64,000 nucleotides of DNA, from the NCBI GenBank assembly GCA_017302795.1, contig JAFLCB010000013.1, positions 2,036 through 66,035 of the forward strand, read 5' to 3'. Within the stretch, counting starts at the first letter, position 1. The number at the start of each line of letters is the position of its first letter. Shown here piece by piece: positions 45,022 to 54,067 of this stretch. A model generated the notes under the pieces. It did no database searches and had not been told where the DNA came from. It saw only the letters and a list, made by a program, of their open reading frames with translations. Position numbers and translations under genes: made by a program. This DNA is from Deltaproteobacteria bacterium. Lineage in GTDB: Bacteria > Bdellovibrionota > Bdellovibrionia > Bdellovibrionales > JAMPXM01.

Positions 45022-47250
45022 ATGGCGGTATTAAAGTTCGACACTCCCATTCAGTTTATCAAGGGAGTCGGACCAAAGTTGGGCGAGCGGTTTAAGGACC
45101 TAGGGCTGTTTACAGTTCAGGATCTCTTAGAATGGTATCCGCGCGCCTATGAAGATCGACGTGCTGCCAGAAGTATCGCAAGCCTTAAGCCGGACGAGCT
45201 GGTCAGTCTACGAGCCGAGGTCGTAAACGTAAAAAGCTTTATGCTAGGGCGCAGTCGCCGCAAAGTTTATGACGTCACCGTTCGCGACGAAACCGGGAAA
45301 ATCCACTGCAAGTTTTTTCGAGTTCCCTACAAAGGTTATTTCGAGCGTTTTCAACCGCTTCAAAAAGTTCGCGTGATTGGGAAAGTGACTTTCTACCGTG
45401 GGCAAATCGAATTCCATCATCCAGATTTACAAGACGATACTCCTGATCAAGTAGCTGACGATGACGTGGTCGTTCCGATATATCCAGAAACCGAAGGTCT
45501 CACCAATCGTCAGTTTCGAAAGTTGATTGGCTTCGTTTTAGAAGAGGTTAAAAAAAGTCTTCATGTCGTCGATCCACGAGACAAAGATCACGTCCCGGCC
45601 GATCGAATGCCGAAATGGCTGCTTGAAAAATACGAACTGCCTGGACGCTTTGAGGCCCTCGACAAGGTCCATCGTCCACCGAAAGACGCGACGAAGGAGT
45701 TCACTGATTTAAAGTCGCCGTTTCATCGTCGTCTCATTTTTGATGAATTTTTCTGGCTCGAGCTTTGGCTCGCTTCACGCAAAGAAGGCGTTTCTCGCGA
45801 ACCGGGTCTTCCGTTTAAAAACCCGCAGGCTAGTGGGCTAGGCCAGGGCTTAGATCTTGTCCGAAAGCTTGAAGCAGGTCTTCCGTTCACGTTGACGGGT
45901 GCACAGAAGCGAACCTTCGAAGAAATTTTAAAGGATCTCACAGGCCATCAGCCGCCAAAGCCAATGAATCGTCTGGTTCAAGGAGATGTCGGAAGCGGAA
46001 AAACCATGGTGGCCTTGATGGCAGCACTTGTCGCAATTGAAAACGGGTACCAAGCGACCTTGATGGTGCCGACCGAGATTTTGGCTGAACAACATTTTCG
46101 AACAGCCAAGCGGCTACTCGAACCCTTGGGTGTGATGGTTGGACTTTTCACGGGCTCGATCAAGACGGCGGAGCGTGCACAGGCCCAAATGCTTCTTTCT
46201 ACGGGGCAGATTCAATTGGCTGTTGGCACTCATGCTTTGATCGAAGACGCAGTAGAATTTAATAGTCTTGGGCTGGTTATCATCGACGAGCAGCACAGGT
46301 TTGGCGTTCATCAGCGCGGCCGATTGAAGGCCAAGGGCCAAAAAGATGAAATGCCAAAAGGAAAAGGCTCTGCGCGAGCAAAACCTCTCGAAGAATCTCA
46401 GTCGATAGTGCCACATTTTCTTGTCATGACCGCAACACCGATTCCGAGAACTCTAGCGATGACCGTGTATGGCGATCTCGACGTTTCGCAAATTGACGAA
46501 CTACCGAAAGGCCGAACGCCCATTCAGACCCGCGCTGGATATGAATCGCATCGTCCGAAGATGATTGAATTTGTCCGCACGCATTTGAAGGCGGGGCGAC
46601 AGGCCTATTTTGTTTATCCGCTGGTCGAAGAAAGCGAAAAGATCGATCTCAAAAACGCAATGACGGAGTATGAAAATTTGAAACTTCAATTCCCTGAGTT
46701 TCAATTGGGTCTCTTGCATGGCCGCATGAAGCCCGATGAAAAAGATCGAGTGATGCGAGAGTTTCGTGACGGCCGCTATCAAGTTCTCGTTGCGACCACC
46801 GTCATCGAAGTCGGCGTCGATGTTCCAAACGCTAATGTGATGGTGATCGAACATTCCGAACGCTTTGGACTTTCCCAGCTGCATCAGCTGCGCGGCCGAG
46901 TAGGTCGTGGAGAACACAAAAGCTTCTGCATGTTAATGATGGGGCACGCCGTTTCCGAGGAAGCTCGCACGCGTTTGCAAGTGATGGAAGAAACCACAGA
47001 TGGCTTTGTAATATCGGAGCGCGATCTCGAGATTCGTGGCCCAGGAGAATTCCTTGGCACGAGGCAATCGGGTCTACCAGGTTTTAAACTTGCGAACATT
47101 GTTCGCGATGCTCGGATTTTAACAGAGGCTCGCGAAGCAGCGTTCGAAGTTTTCAAACGCGATCCTACGCTCAACGCTCTCGATCATCGTGCACTTCGTC
47201 AATTGCTCTTGAAAAAACACGGTCCAACTTCGCTAGCGGGAATTGGTTAG
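45022..47250 (+). CDS. recG: ATP-dependent DNA helicase RecG
   Basis: 'LVQGDVGSGKT' (Walker A), 'IIDEQHRFG', 'LVMTATPIPRT' and 'QLHQLRGRVGRG'. Confidence 0.95.
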   Translation: MAVLKFDTPIQFIKGVGPKLGERFKDLGLFTVQDLLEWYPRAYEDRRAARSIASLKPDELVSLRAEVVNVKSFMLGRSRRKVYDVTVRDETGKIHCKFFRVPYKGYFERFQPLQKVRVIGKVTFYRGQIEFHHPDLQDDTPDQVADDDVVVPIYPETEGLTNRQFRKLIGFVLEEVKKSLHVVDPRDKDHVPADRMPKWLLEKYELPGRFEALDKVHRPPKDATKEFTDLKSPFHRRLIFDEFFWLELWLASRKEGVSREPGLPFKNPQASGLGQGLDLVRKLEAGLPFTLTGAQKRTFEEILKDLTGHQPPKPMNRLVQGDVGSGKTMVALMAALVAIENGYQATLMVPTEILAEQHFRTAKRLLEPLGVMVGLFTGSIKTAERAQAQMLLSTGQIQLAVGTHALIEDAVEFNSLGLVIIDEQHRFGVHQRGRLKAKGQKDEMPKGKGSARAKPLEESQSIVPHFLVMTATPIPRTLAMTVYGDLDVSQIDELPKGRTPIQTRAGYESHRPKMIEFVRTHLKAGRQAYFVYPLVEESEKIDLKNAMTEYENLKLQFPEFQLGLLHGRMKPDEKDRVMREFRDGRYQVLVATTVIEVGVDVPNANVMVIEHSERFGLSQLHQLRGRVGRGEHKSFCMLMMGHAVSEEARTRLQVMEETTDGFVISERDLEIRGPGEFLGTRQSGLPGFKLANIVRDARILTEAREAAFEVFKRDPTLNALDHRALRQLLLKKHGPTSLAGIG

Positions 47251-47314
47251 CGAACGGGCGGCGCGTCACGATTTCTGATTCTAATTTCGGTGTGCACATG
47301 ATTTCGTCATACGC

Positions 47315-49588
47315 ATGACAAACAACATGAATGTACGCGCCCTTCGTTTCGTAGCAGCTATCGCCGTTGCTCCATTGTTAGGTTTTCTTTTGAATTCCAA
47401 TGCGGCCTTTGCGGGCGAGCGGCTTTTGCTTCGAACCGGTTCGGTTGATCTCACCAATGCATCGGAAGCAACGGACCTGTTGAGTCTTCCTGAGTTTGAT
47501 GCGGTCGAGTCAGAAGAGACGATGGCTCTTTCGGCAAAGTCAGGAAAACCAGTATGGGTTGGTACGAAGGAAAAACGACCAAAGAAAAAGACCGACAGTC
47601 GGGCCACTCGCCATTTTGTTGTGCAAACGCGCGATTCGATTTCTAAAGCAGATCTCATTAACTTCCAGTCGCTAAGGCTTAATATCATTCGCTATTTGCC
47701 GGAAAATGCCGTTGTCGTATCGGGTTCGCATCGTCAAGCACTGGTACTGGCGAAGTCCTCCAACCGAATTCGTGCGATCACCTCTTATCGACCTGAATGG
47801 AAACTTGCCCCCGAAATTGGCGCGTCTTCTGTGTTCTCTGGCGATCCGCTAATCAAAGCGGTGGTTCGCTTTTTCCCGGGTACCGCGGATTCCGGCAAAG
47901 CGCAGATTTCACATTTGAAAAATGTGAAGTCGGCAATTGGTAAAGCAAAGTCGAACGTCCTTTCGATGGCCAATCGAACGATGATTATCGAAACCAAGCG
48001 GTCGACGTTGGGACTTTTCGCAGAGTTAGATCCAGTAGAATGGATCGAGCCGTTGGCAGACATTGAAATGCCGTGGTTCAAAGACGAAAATCTGCGCCTT
48101 CTGATGATGGCCTCTCCGGGCGATTATTCTGATCTCGATGGTTATGAGAGTGGCACCAAGCTAATGAAGTTTGATTCTGTTTGGGCAAAGGGCTTTGCAG
48201 GCACCGGCGAAACGGTGGCCTTTGCAGATACTGGAATGGACACAGGCGACGCTGCGGCCATCCACCCGGACTTCGCGGGCCGTGTGCCACAAGGTTTCAT
48301 CCACGGTTTATTCTCAAAAAGTTGGGAAGATCCGATGGGTCACGGCACGCATGTTGGTGGTTCGGTTGGCGGTGACGGTGGATCGTCGAATGGAAAAGTG
48401 AAAGGTGCTGCGACTTTAGCAAACGTGATTCCGCAGAGCATGTGGAGTCCGATGCTGGAAAATCTCAGCGTCCCTTCGAAACTAAAAGACATGTTTGGAA
48501 AAGCGCAAAGCGCTGGCGCACGCATTCACACGAACTCGTGGGGTTCAGCAGCAGCAGGTGGCGTTTATGACAGCATGGCTCAGCAAGTGGATGAGTACAT
48601 GCATGCAAACCCAGACTTTTTAATTCTCTTTGCTGCAGGTAACAATGGCGAAGATGCAGACAAAGATGGCCGCATCGATCCCGGTTCGGTTTCAACTCCA
48701 GGTACCGCGAAAAACGCGCTCACCGTTGGTTCAAGTAAGAACCTGGTTTCCAATGGCGGCATTCAAGCAAAGCTCATCGAACTCAAAATTGGCAAAGATA
48801 AATGGGGTGTCGAGCCGCTTGCTAGCTCGAGACTTTCTGAGAATGACAAAGGACTTGCTCCGTTTTCAAGTCGCGGGCCCACTGCGGATGGCCGGTTGAA
48901 ACCAGAGGTGGTCGCACCAGGGACCAATATTCTTTCGGCAAGATCTCGGCATCCAAAAGCGGAAGTTCTTTGGGGTACTTACAATGACAAGTATGTTTGG
49001 TCCGGCGGAACGTCGATGTCGACTCCGCTTGTTGCCGGTGCAGCCGCGGTAATTCGCGAGTATTTGATAAAAGATCGCAAGCTTGCGAATCCATCGGCGG
49101 CCATTGTGAAAGCGGCGCTGATGCACACGTCGGAAGATTTGTTTCCAGGTCAATTTGGAGCGATTGGTGTTTCGCGAGGCCAAGAGCTTGCGACAACTCG
49201 TCCGAACATGGATGAGGGATTTGGTCGCGTCGATGTTGAGAAAGCGACGTCACTCGAAACATCATTACTTGTGGACGAGAGAAATGGATTGGGCCCCGGT
49301 GACAAGCATGTCTATCCAGTGACGATCGCGAAATCTACGAAGCTAGAAGCAACTCTTGTATATACAGATGCGCCTGGTGCTGCAGCGGCGAGCAAAGCAC
49401 TGGTCAATGATCTCGATCTTGCAGTGATCGATTCGCAAGGACGTCGTCAGGAAATTCTTGATCGCACAAACAATCACGAACATCTGTCGATTTCACTTTC
49501 GCCAGGTACTTATCAAATTGAAGTGCGTGGTGAGAACGTCCCAATGTCCAAACAAGGCTACGCCTTGATCGTGTCCGCTGATCGCTAA
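47315..49588 (+). CDS. Secreted S8-family (subtilisin-like) serine peptidase
   Basis: Catalytic triad motifs 'VAFADTGMDTGD', 'HGTHVGGSV' and 'SGGTSMSTPLVAGAAA'. N-terminal signal peptide. Confidence 0.9.
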   Translation: MTNNMNVRALRFVAAIAVAPLLGFLLNSNAAFAGERLLLRTGSVDLTNASEATDLLSLPEFDAVESEETMALSAKSGKPVWVGTKEKRPKKKTDSRATRHFVVQTRDSISKADLINFQSLRLNIIRYLPENAVVVSGSHRQALVLAKSSNRIRAITSYRPEWKLAPEIGASSVFSGDPLIKAVVRFFPGTADSGKAQISHLKNVKSAIGKAKSNVLSMANRTMIIETKRSTLGLFAELDPVEWIEPLADIEMPWFKDENLRLLMMASPGDYSDLDGYESGTKLMKFDSVWAKGFAGTGETVAFADTGMDTGDAAAIHPDFAGRVPQGFIHGLFSKSWEDPMGHGTHVGGSVGGDGGSSNGKVKGAATLANVIPQSMWSPMLENLSVPSKLKDMFGKAQSAGARIHTNSWGSAAAGGVYDSMAQQVDEYMHANPDFLILFAAGNNGEDADKDGRIDPGSVSTPGTAKNALTVGSSKNLVSNGGIQAKLIELKIGKDKWGVEPLASSRLSENDKGLAPFSSRGPTADGRLKPEVVAPGTNILSARSRHPKAEVLWGTYNDKYVWSGGTSMSTPLVAGAAAVIREYLIKDRKLANPSAAIVKAALMHTSEDLFPGQFGAIGVSRGQELATTRPNMDEGFGRVDVEKATSLETSLLVDERNGLGPGDKHVYPVTIAKSTKLEATLVYTDAPGAAAASKALVNDLDLAVIDSQGRRQEILDRTNNHEHLSISLSPGTYQIEVRGENVPMSKQGYALIVSADR

Positions 49589-49589
49589 A

Positions 49590-49695
49590 GGCGACGTTAC
49601 GGACTCTGGCCTTCGTCTCGGGTGAGCCTCGCTCCTTCGAAGCTCTCACCCTCGTTCCGTGCAGTAGCGCGGAAAGATTTAAGGGTGTCGCTGCG
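49590..49695 (-). repeat. Single inverted copy of the long (95-bp-type) repeat unit seen at 38702-38797
   Basis: 49604-49680 is the exact reverse complement of 38721-38797 (77/77 nt, checked base by base). The flanks are diverged. Confidence 0.9.
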
Positions 49696-50163
49696 AAGTG
49701 ATGCTTTTTAGGCACAGTTTCTGGGCAGTTTTCGGGGCTACCTGCTCAGATGCTGCCAATTCGCGGCTGGCTTTTTTGCAAGACTTTCACTTCATGTTTG
49801 GTAAGTATCCGTCTTCCCTTGTTCATTCGGACTTGGCGCGATGAGTCATGAACGTATGACTCAAGCAATCTTAAATGGTCTGAAATTCTTGCGACTGGGT
49901 GCCGCTAATCGTCCCCCTTTGTTGATGGTTCGTGTCAAGAATGGTAAACCATCATGCGTTCATTGGTTTGTCATTAAGCAGGATAAACCGCATGCCGTCT
50001 TAAGTTGGCGTGTCGCAGGCTCTTGAAAGATCAGACCAGAGGGATTGGTCAGGATCAGTTTTTTATCGAGAGCTTGAGGCGTGTAGTAGACAAGAGACCT
50101 ATTTTTTTTGAAGAGCATGTGAACGACTAAGGGGAAGCTGCTAGGCGTTATGTGGAGGAAGGC

Positions 50164-50928
50164 GTGCTGTCAAAACCGTCGGGGAAATCTCCTCAAGCTC
50201 GTTCTGCTAAACCAAGCGGAATGAAGCCTAAGGTTGGCGTGAAGCCAGAAGTAAGTTCATCAGCGACACTGTCAGAAAAACCATCTGACCAGAAACTAGA
50301 GGCTGTTATTCCAGTTCCAAAAGTTGAATCTCCAGATGCAGCTCTTCTTGCTCCTAAAACTCCGATGCGTTCGGGACGTGGTTATCGTCCCGGTGCTGTC
50401 GAAGCCACTAAGACGTTGGCAGAACTCAGTAATCAGCCAATTGAATTCAAAGTTGGCGACAATGCAGTTTACCCTGGTCACGGTGTAGGTCGTGTGAATG
50501 CTATCGAATCCAAAGAGATCGCTGGAACGAAGCTCACTTTTTATAGCATTCAGATTCTCGACAGTGGAATGAAGATTATGGTTCCGCAGGCAAACGTGAA
50601 AAGCGTCGGTCTTCGTCCAATCATTTCGCGTGAAGAGGCTTACTCTGTCATCGGGATCTTAAAAGAAACTAACGTGAAAATCGACAACCAGACCTGGAAC
50701 CGCCGATATCGTGAATACATGGAAAAAATAAAAACGGGTGGAGTTCGTGAGATAGCGGAAGTGCTTCGCGACCTCTTCTTGTTGAAAGTTGATAAAGAAT
50801 TAAGCTTCGGCGAGCGCAAAATGCTCGATACAGCACGCAGTCTGTTGATTAAGGAGCTTATTTTGGCCACAGGCCGAGATGAGCTGATGAAAGAAGCAGA
50901 AGTGAAGGCGATTCTCGATCTCACGTAG
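50164..50928 (+). CDS. carD: CarD/CdnL-family transcriptional regulator with N-terminal Lys/Pro/Ser-rich extension
   Basis: 'FKVGDNAVYPGHGVGRVNAIESKEIAGTKLTFYSIQILDSGMKIMVP'. GGAGGA RBS before the GTG at 50164. Alternative GTG start at 50152. Confidence 0.85.
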   Translation: MLSKPSGKSPQARSAKPSGMKPKVGVKPEVSSSATLSEKPSDQKLEAVIPVPKVESPDAALLAPKTPMRSGRGYRPGAVEATKTLAELSNQPIEFKVGDNAVYPGHGVGRVNAIESKEIAGTKLTFYSIQILDSGMKIMVPQANVKSVGLRPIISREEAYSVIGILKETNVKIDNQTWNRRYREYMEKIKTGGVREIAEVLRDLFLLKVDKELSFGERKMLDTARSLLIKELILATGRDELMKEAEVKAILDLT

Positions 50929-50999
50929 TCCATGTCCGAACCAATCATTGGTTCGCGGGCTGCTGCACCGCTCAAAGGGTAAATTTCTGATGGGGAGAG

Positions 51000-51034
51000 C
51001 CCGGTTGTTAAAACAACCGGGTTCGTTTTATTAT
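51000..51034 (+). terminator. Rho-independent terminator after carD
   Basis: CCCGGTTG-TTAAAA-CAACCGGG followed by TTCGTTTTATTAT. A second palindrome, CGAACCAAT-C-ATTGGTTCG, lies at 50937-50955. Confidence 0.7.
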
Positions 51035-51078
51035 AGGGGTTCACCTGTCCCAGCCGAACGTTCCAGCAGGAGGCCTCT

Positions 51079-52572
51079 TTGACATCGACACCCGTGAACT
51101 CGAGCCATATTCCATCCAACGTTCGCGTGCGATTTGCTCCAAGCCCAACTGGTTATCTGCATGTGGGCGGAGCACGAACTGCGCTTTACAACTTTCTTTA
51201 TGCCAAGCGCTTCGGCGGCAAATTTATTTTGCGAGTTGAAGACACTGATCTCGAGCGTTCGACAGACGAATCGATGCGCATGCAAATCGAAGATTTGAAA
51301 TGGCTTGGATTGAATTGGGATGAAGGTCCCAATCCGAAAACTTATGAAGACATGGGACCCTATGGGCCGTATCGACAAAGTCGTCGCAAAGAAATTTACA
51401 TGAAATACGCAAACCAGCTCTTAGAGTCTGGGCATGCGTACTATGACTTCCGTACCGATGCAGAACTCGATGCAATCAAAGAGGCTCTTGTAAAGGCCGG
51501 TAAGCCACCGCAAATTGATGCGCCCTCGAAAATCGTTCCACCAAGTGAGGCGCGCGAACGGATTGCAAAAGGTGAACAAGCGGCGATTCGCTTTCACGTG
51601 AAAGAGAAGCGCGATTACATCGTGAATGATCTCGTGCGTGGCGATGTTCGTTTTCCGTCAGATATGGTCGGCGATTTCGTCTGTATTCGCTCGAATGGAA
51701 TGCCGGTCTACAACTTTTGCTGTGCGATTGACGATGCGTTGATGAAAATCACGCACGTGTTTCGTGCGGAAGAGCACTTGTCGAACACGCTTCGTCAAAT
51801 GATGCTGTTTGAAGCATTGGGGCTTGAGGCTCCTCGCTTTGGGCACCTCTCGTTTATTCTCGGCCCGGATAAACAAAAGCTATCGAAGCGACATGGGGCG
51901 ACGTCGTGCCACGACTTCAAGTTGAAAGGCTATTTGCCCGAGGCCTTGAATAATTTCATTTTGCTTTCCGGTTGGTCTTCGCCAGATGGCAGGGAAATTT
52001 TGTCGCGTGAAGAGCAAATAAGTCTTTTCACACACGAGCGATTTAATTCGGCTCCGGCTGTGTTTGATGAAACAAAACTGCTTTGGATGAATTCGATGTA
52101 TTTGCGTGCACTACCCCACGACGAGCTTTGGAATCGCGTAGAGCCATTTTTGAAAGAAGCTGGCATCACTGTTCCTCAGGCGAAGGATGCTTCTTGGCGC
52201 GATCAGGCGCTTACGGCATTCAAGACGTCGATGCAAACTTTGGCGGATGCGCCGAAACTTTTTGAGGCATTGGATGATACGAAGTTTTCGATCAAAGACG
52301 ATGCGGCTGAAGTCAAAAGTTGGGATGAGTCGAAGAAAGTTTGGCAGGCTTGGAAGGCCGAGCTTGTCGGTCACGCTGCTTCGCGAATCAGCGAGGCGGA
52401 ATTCACAGCGATGCAGGACCGAGTGAAGGTGTCAGCCGCGGTGAAGGGAAAACATCTTTTCATGCCGATTCGCGTGGCCGTGATCGGGCAACCGCATGGC
52501 ACGGAACTTAAAATCCTAGTACCGCTTCTCGATAAGTCGTCCCTCATTAAACGTGTGGAGCAGTGCCTTTAA
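51079..52572 (+). CDS. gltX: Glutamate--tRNA ligase
   Basis: 'RFAPSPTGYLHVGGARTALYN' (HIGH region) and 'KLSKRHG' (KMSKS). AGGAGG RBS before the TTG at 51079. Confidence 0.93.
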   Translation: MTSTPVNSSHIPSNVRVRFAPSPTGYLHVGGARTALYNFLYAKRFGGKFILRVEDTDLERSTDESMRMQIEDLKWLGLNWDEGPNPKTYEDMGPYGPYRQSRRKEIYMKYANQLLESGHAYYDFRTDAELDAIKEALVKAGKPPQIDAPSKIVPPSEARERIAKGEQAAIRFHVKEKRDYIVNDLVRGDVRFPSDMVGDFVCIRSNGMPVYNFCCAIDDALMKITHVFRAEEHLSNTLRQMMLFEALGLEAPRFGHLSFILGPDKQKLSKRHGATSCHDFKLKGYLPEALNNFILLSGWSSPDGREILSREEQISLFTHERFNSAPAVFDETKLLWMNSMYLRALPHDELWNRVEPFLKEAGITVPQAKDASWRDQALTAFKTSMQTLADAPKLFEALDDTKFSIKDDAAEVKSWDESKKVWQAWKAELVGHAASRISEAEFTAMQDRVKVSAAVKGKHLFMPIRVAVIGQPHGTELKILVPLLDKSSLIKRVEQCL

Positions 52573-52573
52573 A

Positions 52574-54067
52574 ATGTTGAAGATCTACAACACCCTGACG
52601 AAAAACAAAGAAGACTTTAAGCCAATCAAAGACGGTGAAGTGTCGATCTATGTGTGCGGTCCAACGGTCTACGACTTTCTTCACGTCGGAAACTTCCGAG
52701 GTCCAGTTGTTTTTAACATGATTCGCAACTGGCTTGAAACCAAGGGCCTCAAGGTCAAATACGTTTCGAATTTTACCGATATCGACGATCGAATTTTGCA
52801 GAGGTCTTTAAAGGAAAATGTTGATTCATTGGTGATTAGCGAGCGCTACATTGCTGAGTATAAGACCGACTTCAAAAACCTTGGTCTTCGCCCGCAAGAT
52901 GCGAATCCCAAAGTGACAGAGCACTTGCCGTCGATTGTTGAAATCACGGAACAGCTGATCGGCAATGGTAAAGCCTACGAAGTTGACGGCGAAGTTTTGT
53001 ACTCTGTTAGAAGCTTTCCAGATTACGGGAAACTTTCGAAACGCGATATTGAAGATGTCAGAACGGGCACAAGGGTTGAGCCGGGCGAAAAGAAGCGCGA
53101 CGTTTTGGACTTTGCTCTTTGGAAACCCGCGAAATCGGGCGAGCAATCTTGGCCATCGCCTTGGGGCGCTGGACGCCCAGGCTGGCACATTGAATGTTCG
53201 GCAATGGTGAAAGCCATTTTTGGAGATTCGATCGACATTCACGGCGGCGGGATGGATTTGATTTTCCCGCATCATGAGAACGAAATAGCGCAAAGTGAGG
53301 GCGCAAGCGGGAAGCCGTTTGTGAAGCACTGGATTCACTGGAATATGATCAACTTCGGCGATCGAAAGATGTCGAAGTCTTTAGGAAATATAAAAACGGC
53401 CCGCGACTTCTTAAAAGAGTTCAATGCTGAGATCTATAAGTTCATGATACTTTCGGTTCATTACCGAAGTGTCAGTGATTTTTCGGATCAAGGAATTGAA
53501 CGTGCGGTTTCGGGTTTGGCCCGCGCCTATTCTGCGATGGCACAAGCCGAGCGCGTGCAGCAGTTTTTCGCTGGCGGTTCAGCTTCGTCAGCGGCTGGAG
53601 GTGCTGCCCCGCAAGCAAGCGGAAAAGTTGCGCCGGGGCTTGCGGAAGCCATGACAATTAGCTCACAGAAGCTTGCAGTGGCGCTCGATGACGACTTTAA
53701 CACTCCTGAGGCTTTTGCCGAAGTGTTCAACGTGATTCGTGCGTACAACGCAACCGTAAAGCTTGGAAAACCCAATGCCGACGCACTTGCCAATGCGAAT
53801 GCGTTTACTGGATGGATCCGCGAAACTGGAAAGCTATTTTCACTCTACCAAGAGCCGGCTACACAGTTCCTTTCGACTTTGGACGAAATGCTACTGAAGC
53901 AAAAAGGTCTTGAACGATCATTGATCGACGAGAAAGTTCAGCAGCGTTGGGTGGCAAAGCAGGCAAAAGATTTTGCTACGAGCGACAAGCTTCGCGATGA
54001 ACTTGCTGGACTTGGAATTTCGATTTCGGACACCGCAGAGGGCACGCGCTGGGAAGTGACGAAGTAA
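52574..54067 (+). CDS. cysS: Cysteine--tRNA ligase
   Basis: '[18 protein letters not shown]', 'GWHIECS' and 'KMSKSLGN'. Confidence 0.93.
   Translation: MLKIYNTLTKNKEDFKPIKDGEVSIYVCGPTVYDFLHVGNFRGPVVFNMIRNWLETKGLKVKYVSNFTDIDDRILQRSLKENVDSLVISERYIAEYKTDFKNLGLRPQDANPKVTEHLPSIVEITEQLIGNGKAYEVDGEVLYSVRSFPDYGKLSKRDIEDVRTGTRVEPGEKKRDVLDFALWKPAKSGEQSWPSPWGAGRPGWHIECSAMVKAIFGDSIDIHGGGMDLIFPHHENEIAQSEGASGKPFVKHWIHWNMINFGDRKMSKSLGNIKTARDFLKEFNAEIYKFMILSVHYRSVSDFSDQGIERAVSGLARAYSAMAQAERVQQFFAGGSASSAAGGAAPQASGKVAPGLAEAMTISSQKLAVALDDDFNTPEAFAEVFNVIRAYNATVKLGKPNADALANANAFTGWIRETGKLFSLYQEPATQFLSTLDEMLLKQKGLERSLIDEKVQQRWVAKQAKDFATSDKLRDELAGLGISISDTAEGTRWEVTK

Noticed and set aside
49841-50026. A 61-aa ORF in the long carD upstream region.
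   Set aside because: It has no RBS and no motifs, and its composition is unremarkable. The region may instead be a long 5' UTR or promoter region, and there is not enough support to call a gene.
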